From Chiloscyllium plagiosum (Eukaryota): a DNA stretch of 64,000 nt. Positions 51,490 through 64,000 of this stretch are shown here, in pieces. A model generated the notes under the pieces. The model was not told where the DNA came from and searched no databases. It was given only the letters and a program-made list of their open reading frames with translations. The stretch's first letter is position 1. Each line of letters starts with the position of its first letter. The translations under genes were made by a program, and so were the position numbers. The stretch spans positions 33,904,967 to 33,968,966 of the forward strand of contig NC_057718.1 in the NCBI RefSeq assembly GCF_004010195.1, given 5' to 3'.

Positions 51490-52748
51490 CAGGTCTTGGT
51501 CTACCTGCAGTGTTCCACTTACCACCCTACCACCTTCTGCATATAAAGGATCATAAGCCACTATTTGTGTTACCTCAAATGGGATGCCACAACCAGACAC
51601 ACATTCCCCTCCCCTCCCCTCCCCTCCCTTGTCAGCACTCCGGAAAGACCATTCCCTCTGGGACATGTGAGTACACATCTCTTCCTTTCCGAACACCTCA
51701 CTAGACCCCCATGGTACCTTTCCATGCAGTCGTGGAAGATGTGACATCTGTCCGTTTTACCTCCTCGCTCCTTACTGCCCAAGGCCCCAGACATTTCTTC
51801 CAAGTGACGTAGTGATTCACCTGCACTTCACTCAATCTATTCTACAGTGTTCACTGTTATCCTAAACTTTTATTTCTCTATTTTTCTAAATTATTGCTAG
51901 ACTTCTTATTTCTTTATTCTTCTAATTTTTTTCCCTAAGAATATGTACCTAGGTAACTTGGTACCTAATGTGGCACCTTAAGTGGCGACTTTGTAAACTT
52001 TCACTGTATTCATGTGAGTACACGTGACAATACAACTAATTCTTGATTCTTATAATTCATAATGTAGTCTTCTCTACACTGGGAAGATGAAAAACAGACT
52101 GGGTGACTGCTTTGTAAAACACCTATGTTTTGTCTTTAAAAATGACCCCCAGCTTCCAGTTACCTGCCACTTCAACACACCACGATGTGGTCAGGCCAAC
52201 TTTTGTGTCTCTGGCCTGCTGCAGTGTTCCAGTGAGCCTCAATGCAAGCTTAAAGAACAGCATCTCATTTTCCACTTGTTGACCTTGCAACTGCTCAAAC
52301 TCGATATGAGGTCAATAACTTTAGAGCCTGATTCCATTCTTCCATGTTTTTTTACCTAGCCCCCACACCCTGGTCCTGTCATGACATGGATTGCTTTCAA
52401 CGTAGCCAACCCATTCTCACCTACTCTTGGTCCTTTTTTCACATGGCATGGATTGATTTCAGCACATTCTTTCCCACTTTTAGCTCTCATTATCACTTAT
52501 TCTCTTCGGTCCTGGTTTACTATCATCTGGCTACCCCTTTCATTTCTCTCTCTCTCTGGGCTCCACCTCTATATTATCCACTTGCTTACAACAGCCCCCC
52601 ACCACCCATTTCGTCTTCAGCACAAATATCACTTTTTCCTGACTGTTGTCAGTTCAGGTGGAGTCAGCTGACTCGAAACATTAACTCTGCCATCTCCCCA
52701 CAAACGCTTCCAGACCTGAGTTTTATCAGCAATTGCTATTTTTGTTAC
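51490..52748 (+). mobile_element. Penelope-like element 3' part (GIY-YIG domain and terminal pLTR)
   Basis: ORF 52087-52359: RLGDCFVKHL..LPVTCHFN..KLKEQHLIFHL. Decayed hammerhead (GAGTCA-GC-TGACTC-GAAA) near 52655-52690. Confidence 0.82.
51858..52054 (+). mobile_element. L2-type 3' tail nested in the Penelope element
   Basis: TTTCACTGTA..GAGTACACGTGACAATA followed by an (ATTCTT)-type tail. Penelope sequence resumes afterwards. Confidence 0.55.
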
Positions 52749-53851
52749 ACATTTTTACTTATGTTCTGTGAATTATCTGTCAAGCTGGGTTTATCGAAGA
52801 CGCACTGTGGTTGAATAAACATGAAGACATCCATTAATCGCTTGTGGCTTCTGCTCATTATGACTTAATAACCTCACACCTCTTGTTAACTAAATGAACA
52901 AAGCTCAAATTTGCAAAACCTTTTAATCTACAATGGATTTATTTTTTGTACTATTCCATGTCGTAAGTGTTGTACTCTAAAATGGCAAATTTCTCGGTGA
53001 CATCAAGCAGTTTAAACATGACACTGGACTGCATCAATTTTTCAGAACACAGCAGTAGCTGAATTGAATGGAAGCCAGAGAGAGGAAGGAATTGACTAGG
53101 GAAATCATCCAGTTGTGCTCATTTTGATAACAGGCTTAAGAACAATATTTAATGGAGGCCTTGAAGCAGTTCAGCTTGTTCGCAATCAAGCGATGAAGCA
53201 CAAAAAGGTGCAGTAGGAAACAGAGCCAAAACAAATGTTTTCGGCAGAGGACTAATGAACTCTCTAATGAACATGAATCCTATAATTGGCCAAATTGAAC
53301 ACAGACTTGTCAACTGCCTAAAACTAAAATGATGCCATTTCCTCTGCAATTATTATTAATGATTTATAAGCAGTTTCAGCTTGATACTTTATTCATAACG
53401 ATCCATTTCACAATAATATTTTATGTTTTACTTAAAATGTGTGGTCCATAGCTGCTTGCATTCAGATGTAAAACCACTTCATGACGAGCTGTAGCTGTAT
53501 TTGATAGACAACTTCCAATTATATACTGCCCTTTATGTGTACATATTGCACCTATTGGTGAACCAATGCATTTCACAAGAAATAAAAAATTTGAAGTTGC
53601 ATCTTTTTTAGTAGAAATCTCAACAATTTACACATGCATGGCTGCATTTAGCAGTAATGGAAGGAATCCTTAATCAATTTGTTTTGGTGTTGGTTGAAGA
53701 TGACCACAGATTCAAAACACCAGGTGAACAACCCCATTTCCCCTTCTCTCCCCCACCCCCACCACACATACAGACACAGACACACACACTCCTACTCTTT
53801 AAATGGCATGATGGGATCCTTTACACACAAGTGGGAGACTGGGCTGTAATC

Positions 53852-56800
53852 GCTGCTCCTTTTTTGGAGGTATTTTAGGTGCTGGAGGTGATTTCCTTGA
53901 ATTCCAGGAGCAGCAATTACTGTGTTACGTGCTGCTGCATTGTTTTGGAACTCTGGGGGACAAAAGATCAAAACAGCGGCACTTTAAAAAGGAGGAAGAC
54001 AGACAAAGGCAGTGACCTCATGGCCAGAGAAAGAAAACTATACTGCTGTCAGACACAGCAGTGAATCTGCACAGTTACTGCCTTTGCTGTTTTGAGTTCA
54101 AGTATCTCTGGACATCAGAGTGCATCTAGGAAAAATTAACAAACAGTGAAATTCACAGCTGACCTTGGAGGAACCTGTATGGGAGAGCTCACAGCACAGG
54201 AACAGATAAGTGCATAGTTTTTAAGTGTAGCCTTGCTATGAATCTACAATAGTGAGTAGAGTGGGTTCTTTCTTGGTTATATATTTTATTGAGATCTATC
54301 TCTTGATTAAATTTTTAAAACATATGCCACAAGTATTAAGTTAGCCTGGAGCAGTGTTTTGTTTTTTTGAGCAATAAGATGGTGCTGTTTTCTGGATCTG
54401 TAGATTGTGAAGGAGCAAGGATAGTCTTTAGTAGAGTGACGTGCTCTTCCTGTTGGTTGTGGGAGTTTAGAGAGAGTTTCCATGTTACTGATCATTATGT
54501 CTGCAGGAAGTGTCTTTGGTTGTGAATTCTGTCAAATCAAATGGATTGGTTGGAGTGGCAGTTAGAGGCAATAAGGAATTTACAGGATGGATGGTAGTTA
54601 TAAGAAGGGAGAAAAGCCACAGATACAGTCAGGTAGATAGGTTAACTCCAGAAAAGGGAGGAGGGATAGGCAGGTAGTGCAGGAATCTCCCATGGCTATC
54701 CCCAACTCAAACAAGTATGCTGTTTTGGAACATATAGGAGGTGATGGACTCTCAGGGGAACGTAGCAAGAACAGCCAAAGTTCTGGTACCGAGACTGGCT
54801 CTAATGTAATGAGGGGTACACCAGGTTTCAAGTGAAGGATTGTGATAGGGGCTCTCCAGTCAGAGGCACAGGCAGACCTTTCTGTAACCGATGGTGAAAA
54901 ATCAGAATGGCGTGTTGCTCTCTGGTGCCAGGATCAAGGATACCTCAAACAGGGTACAGAAGGTTCTGAAAGAGGGTAGGGATTAACAGAAGGTCACTGT
55001 ATCCGTTGGAACTAATGACATAGGAAGGGAAAAGGATGAGATTCTGAAGGGAGAACATAAAAAGTTAGGCAGGGATTTAAAAAGGAGGTTCTCGAGGGTA
55101 GTAATATCTGCATTACTCCCGGTTCTACAAGCTAATGAGGGTAAGGAAAGGAGGATACGGCAGATGAATGTATGGCTGAGGAGCTGGTGCAAGGGAGAAG
55201 AGTTCACATTTTCGGATCATTGGAATCTCTTCTGGCGTAGAAGTGACCTGTTCAAGAAGGACGGATTGCCTTGAATTGGAAGGGGACTAATATGTTGACA
55301 GGGAGATTTGATGGAGCTGCTCGGGAAGATTTAAACCAGTAAGGTAGGAGTGTGAGACCGAGGGAAATAGTAAGGAAAGAGATCAATCTGAGACTGATAC
55401 ACTTGGGAAAAGGAGCGAGTCAAAAAGTCAGGGCAGGCAGGAGCAAAGCAAAGAACAAGGTAGGACTGATAAATTAAACTGCATTTATTTCAATGCAAGA
55501 GGCCTAACATGGAAGGCAGATGAACCGACGGCATGGTTAGGAACATGGGCCTGGGATATCATAGCAATGGCTCAGGGATGGACAAGACTGGCAGCTTAAT
55601 GTTCCAAGAAACACATGGTATAAGAAGGATAGAAAGGGCGGGGGGGCAACAGAGATGGGGAAGTAGCGTTTTTGAAAGTGATAGTATTATGGCTGTACTT
55701 GATTTTAACTTTCCGAACATAGACTGGGACTGCCATAGTGTTAAGGGTTTGGATGGAGAGGAATTTGTTAAGTGTGTACAAGAACATTTTCTGATTCAGC
55801 ATGTGGATGTACCTACTAGAGAAGGTGCAAAGCTTGATGTACTCTTGGAAAATAAGGCAAGGCAGGTGACTGAGGTGTCAGTGGGGGAACGCTGTTGGGC
55901 CAGCGACCGTAATTCTTTTGGTTTTAAAATAGTGATGGAAAAGGATAAACTTGATCTAAACGTTGAAGTTATAAATGGGAGGAAAGCCAATTTTGATGGT
56001 ATCAGGCAAGAATTTTAAAAAGTTCTCTGGGGGCAGATGTTTTCAGGTAAAGGGACAGCTAGAAAATGGGAAGCCTTCAAAAATGAGAGAACGAGAGTCC
56101 AGAAACAGCATATTCCTGTTAGGGTGAAAGGCAAGGTTGGGAGGATTTAGAAATGCTGGATGACTAAAGACATTGAGGTTTTCATCAAGAAAATGGAGGA
56201 AGCATATGTCAGGAATAGACAGCAGAGATCGAGTAATTCCTTATAAGAATATAACAGCAGTAGGAGTATACTTAAGAGGGAAATCGGAGGGCAAAATGGG
56301 GACATGAGATAGCTTTGGCAAATAGGGTTAAAGAGAATCCAAATCGATTTTATAAACATACGAAAGACAAAAGAGTAACAAGGAAGAATATAGGACCCCT
56401 CAAAGACCAGCAAGGCAGCCTATGTGTGGAACCGCAGGAGATGGAGGAGATACTAAATGTGTATTTAGCATCAGTGTTTATTGTGGAGAAGGACATGGAA
56501 GATATAGAATGTGGGGAGAAAGAAGGTGACATCTTGAAAATGTCCATATTACAGAGGAGGAGGTGCTGGATGTCTTAAAATGCATACAAGTGGATAAATC
56601 CCCAGAACCTGACCAGGTGTACCCTAAAACTCTGGGAAACTAGAGAAGTGATTGCTGGGCCCCTTGCTGAGATATTTGTATCATTGATAGTCACAGGTGA
56701 GGAACACTGGAGGTTGGCTAACTTGGTGCCATTATTTAAGAAAGGTGATAAGGAAAAGCCAGGGAACTATAGACCAGTGAGCCTGACATCGGTGGTGAGC

Positions 56801-57689
56801 ACATTGTTGGAGGGAGTCCTGAGGGACAGGATGCACATGTATTTGGAAAGGCAAGGCCTGATTAGAGATAGTAGTCAACATGGCTTTGTGCGTGGGAAAT
56901 CATGTCTCACTAACTTGATTGAGTTTTTTGAAGAAGTAACAAAGAGGATTGATGAGGGCAGAGCAGTGGATGTGATCTGTATGGACTTCAGTAAGACATT
57001 TGACAAGGTTCCTCATGGTAGACTGCTTAGCAAGGTTAGATCTCATGGAATACAGGGAGAACTAGCCATTTAGTTACAGAACTGGCTGGAAGGTAGAAGA
57101 CAGAGGATGTTGGTGGTGGGTTGCTTTTCAGACTGGAGGCCTGTGACCAGTGGAGTGCCACAAGGATCAGTGCTAGATCCACTGCTTTTCATCATTTATA
57201 TAAATGATTTGGATGTGAACATAGGAGATATAGTTAATAAGTTTGCAGAGAGCACCAAAATTGGAGGTGTAGTGAGCAACGAAGAAGGTTACCTTAGAGT
57301 ACAACGAGATCTTGATCAGATGGACCAATGGGCCGAAGAGTGGCAGTTGGAGTTTAATTTAGATAAATGTGAGGCACTGCATTTTGGAAAGGCAAATCAT
57401 GGCAGAACCTATTCACTTAATGGTACAGTCCTGGGGAGTGTTACTGAATATAGAGACCTTGGAGTGCAAGTTCATAGTTCCTTGCAAGTTGAGTTACAGG
57501 TAGATAGTATATTGAAAAAGACATTTCGTATGGTTTCATTTATTGGACAGAGCATTGAGTATAGGAGTTGGGAGGTCATGTTGCAGCAGTACAGGACATT
57601 GGTTAGGCCACTTTTGAAATATTGCATGCAATTCTGGCCTCCTTCCTATCGAAAGGATGTTGTGAAACTTGAGAGGGTTCAGAAAGGGA
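53852..57689 (+). mobile_element. Near-full-length degenerate CR1 (5'UTR, ORF1, ORF2 EN-RT) lacking its 3' end
   Basis: ORF1 remnants (CSSCWLW..HYVCRKC, SNKYAVL, VGTNDIG), EN (DFNFPNIDW) and RT (GNYRPVSLTS, QHGFVRGKSCLTNL, GVPQGSVL). Many stops and frameshifts. Confidence 0.92.
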
Positions 57690-58035
57690 TCTGTTTACGT
57701 TCTTTGCCCAGTAGAAGAATTCATCTTTAGATAGAGGAGGAAACTCCTTTATAAAAAGGTAGAGTAAATTTTAAGAAAGCATGGTGAAAACGTGACTTCT
57801 CTGCAATCTGTACTATATTAATATGATCAGTTTGAAAAGCACATGTTTAAATTGAAAAGTTTAAAAAGTGTGAATCCCTCTTGTAAAATATTTGCCCTTC
57901 AAATGTATTTCTATCTGAACTTACCACAGTAGATATAAAATTCTACAGGTGAAATATTCTCCTTGCTAATATATCAGGTGAGATATTTAATTTGTTATGT
58001 TGCTTACTGATAAGTTGGTTGCTCACTACATTGAA

Positions 58036-58246
58036 GAGGAGAAAGTGAGGACTGCAGATGCTGGAGATCAGAGTTGAGAGTGTGGTGCTGGAAAAGCACA
58101 GCAGATCAGGCAGCATCTAAGGAGCAGGAGAATTGACATTTCAGGCAGAAGCCTGATTAAGGGCTTATGCCCGAAATGTCGAATCTCCTGCTCCTTCGAT
58201 ACTGTCTGACCTGCTGTGCTTTTCCAGCACCCCACACTCGACACTG
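58036..58246. mobile_element. Penelope-like pLTR fold-back mini-insertion (family A)
   Basis: Inverted arms of about 90 bp pivot at a mutated hammerhead (58151-58184). Degenerate flanking duplication ACTACA(C)TTGA. Confidence 0.78.
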
Positions 58247-59107
58247 TTTACTACACTTGAGTTTATACTAGTAATTGGAATGAAAAAGCTCTCAAGTAAA
58301 AATGAATCTTAGACTCAATTTCTCCTCTCAGCAAAGTGGTTAATGGACGTTATTAGGTAGAATCCTGGCACTGATTGTCAGCTGAGGCAAAAGCAAGAAC
58401 GGATCGAAACAGAGATCCTCCAAAGTGAATGTAACACAAAAATTCAAAAGGGCCGAAGCTAGTGGGGCCACGTAGTGCAGGAAAACTCCCCCAGAGGATT
58501 TGTTTTGTCTGTGAGTTCAGCACATCATCTCTACAATTGAGGCATTGGGATATCAGAGCCTCTGTGATCTTTCTTCCTCACACCACCGAATAGCCACCAA
58601 AGAATACCTCCAGCGTTACAGGTGAGATTGGTTGGCCGTTTACGTTTCAATGGAATCCTCAGATTCTCCAGGCTCACAAGTAAAGAATGACTACTTATAC
58701 AGACAGGACAGGTCACTGTAAAAACCTTCAAAGCTGTGCACTAGCAAGGGGCACATGTGCTCAGACAATGGAGAAAAGGATACTGGATAAAAGTAAATTG
58801 TTATGTACACACAAGAAAGTAATCAAGGACTTATTTACTTACTTCAAGTTTTCCTCTGGATTATTATTCGTGACAATGGCATCATCATCATCATCACCAA
58901 CAATGTCATTTGCTCACTGGACCTGTCCTCAGTGACCCCTCACTTTGAAACAAAAACTTAAAATATAAAATGCAAACACGGAAGACAGCAATAGATTTGG
59001 AAGTGTGAAACCCCTCTTTCAATTTGAGAATGAAATTTCTATCTCTCTGCCTCAGCTGACCACCAGTCCCAGGATTCTGCCTAATGTACAGTCAATTTGA
59101 AATAACA

Positions 59108-59522
59108 GTGTCATAAAGGTGTACAGCACGGAAACAGACCTTTCAGTCCAATTCATCCATGTCAACCAGATAGCATAACCTAATCTAATCCTATTTGCCT
59201 GCATTTGGCCCATATCGCTCTAAATACTTCCTATTCATATACCCATCCAGATACCTTTTAAATGTTGTAATTGTACTAGCCTCCACCACACTCTGGCAGC
59301 TCATTCCATACCTGCGCCAGCCTCTTAGGTCCCTTTTATATTTTTCCCCTCTCACCCTAAACCTATGCCTTCTAGTTTGGACTCCCCCAACCCAGGGAAA
59401 AGACCTTGTCTGTTTACCCTATCCATGCCTCTTATGATATTATAAACCTCTATAAGGTCACCCCTTAGCCTCTGATGCTCCAGGGAAATCAGCCCCAGCC
59501 TATTCAGACTCTGGCAACATCT
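59108..59522 (-). mobile_element. CR1 3' fragment
   Basis: Same family as 34300-34750. Confidence 0.82.
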
Positions 59523-61427
59523 TTAGCTTAACACTCAGCCTTCTATTACACATTTCCAAAGGGAAATGTGAGGATTGTATTTTGTAGGCTGTCTCTCTGA
59601 TGCTACTATTTTGCTTTTATTCATCAGCCTTTATGCAAGTTAAAGAAACAAATTATGAATAGTGTTTCTGTAAACTCTTGGCGGTAAGGCTACTGTCTCA
59701 GGTAACGTTGTCATTTTCTATTAAGGATTTTTAGATCATTTACCCTCCTCCACATAGTTTTCATTTGTTCTAAGTTAAGGGTTTGCAATAGCTCCAACAA
59801 GTAAAAGAACAAGATGCTATAATAGCCAAGACACAGATGTAACACTTAAATTTGTAATAATTCTTGAGCTGTAATTTACTGAGCAATGTAGTGGGCCAAA
59901 TTGTCAGTTTTCTTCTCTGAAAAGATACAAGTTTCAAAAATCAATGCTGAAGAAAAATGCTTTTTGAGTAGAGAGTTTGTATCTTTTTAAATTCTTGAAA
60001 CTTTGTACAATAAAGGTCACAACTTGGTCCCACATGTGTTGAATTCTTGGCCCTGGGCTGCTCAACAGAATACATTTGTAAATTCACTCATGAATTATAA
60101 ATTGTATTACTAATTTGTGTTACAAGATAGGTTGAAAGTGCAGCTGTTTTTGGTTATAAATGCTATATTATTTTTAGATTATGCTGATACGTGTTGCGAG
60201 CAGAGTTATTTGGAAAATATCTTTAGTTTGTTTTCTTTTTCTCTTTTAAACTCATTTTCACATAACTCATTTTCCTCCTGAGTGCTTTTAGGGACTGCTG
60301 CACTGTAATAATGAATAACATGTGCTTCTTTCATTTTGAAGCAGAGAAACCAGAATCTGTTAGCAGTGACATCCTTTATGAATCATAAGTACATTAATCA
60401 TTTGGGAAGGTTATTATTTCTGTTTCATAATTTTGAGAACCATCTTAGAGTACTGTGAAAACTGAAGTTTTTCTCACAATGCAGTGTTTTTAAAAGGGAG
60501 AAGAGCTTGTTCAAAATTATTTAAATGTTTATTTGGTTGAAGATTTAGTAATTTCTAGATTGCTGCTGTTTTGTTTTAAAAGATCATGTGATGTCTTCGG
60601 TCATGTCACTGCGCCATGTCAGAAACCTGCTTATGATTACAAAAGTTCAGATTTTTTTTAAAAAATCAGAAAAAGTCAGCTTCAGTTGTTTACTTAGAGG
60701 TTTCTGTGTAAGTTTTAGTGTACGTCCATGTGGGTGGAAATATGTTTGTGAGCAGCTTTTACAAGCCCAAAGAGGCTGCTGTTCCCCATTGGAGTCCACT
60801 TACTGTTTCTCACCAAACATTTCTCTGATTAACAAATATGCAGTTTTCCGAAACACAAGAGGGCTGAGAGTGCTGTAAATATAAATTTCAGTGGATATTT
60901 GTGTCTCTTATGCAACAATTTTTAAAGGATTCTGACAGACTGTTTTCAAATACTGACAAATAGTGAGCCGGAGAAACCTTTTGTCCACTTTGTATAACAA
61001 AATCCTAATTATGTTCTTTAACTTGTGTTTACAATTTTACTGACATATCTTTCTGGCGTATGTTTAAATATTTGTTAACTTCCTCTTTTAATCAATCAAA
61101 CAAAATGGCATAATCTGTTCAGTACAGAGATCTCAGCTCTCTTTAAGACACACTAAAAGAGAATGTGAGGGAAATTGGAGGTACAGTGTACTCAAAGATC
61201 AAGAAGATACATTGACAACTAACCTGTTGAACGTCTTCCCCTGTTCAACTCTCCCCATATCCCCAAAAGGGTCAGCTGAGTTCACCATAAATTAACAATT
61301 GCAATCATCAAAACAAACAGGGAGTGTGGTTGTTTTCTATGTATAATGGACTCTCATATTTAGGTTATAGTTGCTACATAAGTTTTACGTTATGTTAATA
61401 TTGTTCATATGTATGGTCTGGTTGCAT

Positions 61428-62679
61428 ATTCTTACAATTCAGATCTATGATAATATAGCTCCATCACTGTTGCATGCCTGATCATCATGGAGCATTCATA
61501 TGGAGCAGAAACAAATCTTTTGGCCAAACCAGTCCATGCCTGTGGTTACAGCACTCAAAGCCTCCTACTGTTCTTCATCGTCTGAATCTATCAGCATATC
61601 CCAGAATTCCCTTCCCAACTGTGTTTATCTACCCTCTCCTTAAGTGGGTCTCTACTATTCAGCTCATCCACACCTTGTAAAAATCAGCCTTCTCTTTTTT
61701 TAAAAGAAAAGAAAACCAGCAACCAATCTGTTCATTCTTTTCTGATTGGTGTACTCTCATTGTCGTGATAATATCTCTGTAAATCTTCTTTGCACTGACT
61801 CATATGCTGCTGTATCCTGTTTATGATTTTACAGCCAGAACCAGTTCTTCATTCTTGTAGAATAGATTTTGTCCTTTTGTTTTCTTACCCCTCAACAACT
61901 TTCTTCTATCTTTCTCACCTGAAGGTTGATGGATTGTATTTCCATGGATACCAAAGACCTTTCAATACTTCACTTCCCTTGTATTCTTTATTTATGAACC
62001 TATACAGTACATGTCCATGTCAGAAATCAACTTGACCACAGGAAGTACAACAGCCAAGTCCAGTTCTGTGCTCAGCCAACATCTACGCAAACACACTTTG
62101 TCCTCGAGATTATTGGATAACAATTAAAATGTGAAACCTGGCCCGCCTTCCCTTCCCTTCCCTAACCCATGCAAGTTGAGAATCAGTTTGAATGCTTAAG
62201 TAATTTATACAGTAACTGTGGAATGTCATGTCATCAACTGAATTCATCCAAAAAAAGCCTGACGTTCCCCCAAATCCAACGTCTGGTGTTTATAAAATGA
62301 TTCCAGAATTGTGAACACGGATGTTTTACCCAAAATCTATTCCATTTACTGATCGCTATTTGTGTGAAAATATTCCTTCATTGGTGCGAAATACTCATTT
62401 TATTAATTTATACTTGTATCCCTTGTCTACATTAACCCATGACATTCAATGTGTTACCATCACTGAATCCCCAATCAACATCCATTGGGGACAAGGAGGT
62501 GTGTTACCATTCTCCAGAAACTGAACTAGACTAGAACAGTAGGAGGCTTTGAGTGCAGTAAACACAGGCATGGACTGGTTTGGCCAAAAGATTTGTTTCT
62601 GCTCCATATGAATGCTCCATGATGATCAGGCATGCAACAGTGATGGAGCTATATTATCATAGATCTGAATAGTAAGAAT
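61428..62679. repeat. 147-bp inverted repeat (arms 61428-61574 and 62533-62679)
   Basis: Manual reverse-complement comparison gives 144/147 identical with no indels. Confidence 0.95.
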
Positions 62680-63235
62680 GTAAGTACGGTGGCTGCAAGA
62701 ATAAGTCAGAGGCTAGGAATCCTGTAACAATTAACTCCCCTCCTGACATTCCTAACCCTGTCTGCCATCTGCAAGGCACGAGTTAGAAGTGTCTGGGTGA
62801 ATGCAGCCCAAACAACATTATAGAACTTTAATACCATTCAGGACAAAGCCTGCTTGATTGGCACCATATCCACAACACTCATTCCCTCCGGTACCAACAT
62901 TTAGTGGCAGCAGTGTTTACCATTTACAAAATGCAACTCCAAAAACCACCAAGGATCCTTAGACAGAACCTACCAAACCCTCAAGTACTTCAATCTAGAC
63001 ACACAAGGGCAGCAGATACATGGAAACACTACCAACTGCAAATACACTCCCAGTGACTTACCATCCTGACTTGGAAACATATTGCTTTTTCTTCAGTGTT
63101 GTTAGGTCAAATCCTGAAATTCCCTCTAGTGGACTGCAGTGGTTCAAGAAGGCATCGCATCACCACCTTCTCGTGGACAACTAGGAATGCTGGCCCAGTC
63201 ATCGATGCACACGTCCCATAAATGAACAAAAAAGC
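62440..63235 (+). mobile_element. Old CR1/L2-clade LINE 3' fragment interrupted by the inverted-repeat arm
   Basis: Collinear with 2530-3535 on both sides of 62533-62679. Confidence 0.75.
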
Positions 63236-63519
63236 TATCATTAATTTTTCAGTTCTACTTTGCCTGCCAATTGCTATCCAACATAAATCTACAAAATTAC
63301 ATTTTGCTGTCAGAGCCAAAAATCCCTTTGTCTCTTTAGAACTGGAACAGTAGTCAAGGTGTGGTCTGAAAAAAAAATTACAGTTCAGTTTGATCTTAAC
63401 TTTTTAATTTTTATTCTACTGTTCTGATTATAAAGTTTTAAAGTTTTCTTGGATTTTGATTGCTGCTCTGTATTGGTTGGATATGTTGAGCACAGAATCA
63501 AGGATTTCCATGTTTATTT

Positions 63520-64000
63520 GTGCCATAGTGTTAAGAGAGGAGCTTGTTAAGTCTGTACAAAAACATTTCCTGATTCAATATGTGGATGTACCTATTAGAG
63601 AAGGTGCAAAACTTAACCACCTCTTGGGAAATAAGGTAGGGCAAGTGACTGAAATGTCAGTGGGAGAGACTTTGGGGCCAATGACCATAATTCTATTAGT
63701 TTTAAAATAGTGATGGAAAACGATAAACTGGATCTAAAACTTAGTTCTAAATTGGAGGAAGGCCAATTTTAACAGTATTCGGCCAAACGTTGATTGGGGA
63801 AGGATATTCACGGGTAAAGAGATGGCTGGAAAATAGGAAGGCTTCAAAAATGAGATAATGGGAGACCAGAGACAGAATGTTTTTGTTATGGTAAACGACA
63901 CGGCTGGTAGGTATAGGGAATGCTGGGTGACGAAAGAAATTGAGGTTTTCATCAAGAAAATAAAGGAAGCATATGTCAGGAATAGACAGTATAGATCGAG
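63520..64000 (+). mobile_element. CR1 ORF2 fragment (continues beyond the window)
   Basis: Collinear with 55730-56235 (HFLIQYVDVPIREGAKL). Confidence 0.85.

Noticed and set aside
61428..62679. DNA transposon with 147-bp TIRs
   Set aside because: There is no TSD, one arm interrupts a LINE that continues on both sides, and the interior is a mosaic of unrelated old repeats. It is reported instead as a templated insertion.

Overview
Eukaryotic, TE-rich intronic DNA from a cartilaginous fish. The repeat families (HE1-type V-SINEs, CR1 LINEs, Penelope-like elements) point to a shark, probably a bamboo/carpet shark; this is inferred. The only host coding sequence I can support is three + strand exons (17104-17176, 17272-17428, 19153-19284) that splice in frame and match the C-terminal part of THADA. 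The rest appears to be THADA intron, with no further exon recognised in the 44.7 kb downstream. The window also holds many CR1 and CR1/L2-clade LINE fragments (one near-full-length, one young copy with ORF1 and an endonuclease ORF beside a 951-N gap), tRNA-derived SINEs, a probable solo LTR, Tigger-like MITEs, a Harbinger Myb/SANT relic and a ~3 kb 33-bp minisatellite. The most notable signal is about a dozen Penelope-derived insertions carrying minimal hammerhead-ribozyme motifs with covarying stems, several as fold-back hairpins pivoting at the ribozyme and flanked by 13-18 bp target duplications. Also notable are a 147-bp inverted templated insertion, a perfect 37-bp palindrome and a possible cryptic THADA terminal exon. 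Identifications are by eye and from recalled family features, and TE boundaries are approximate.
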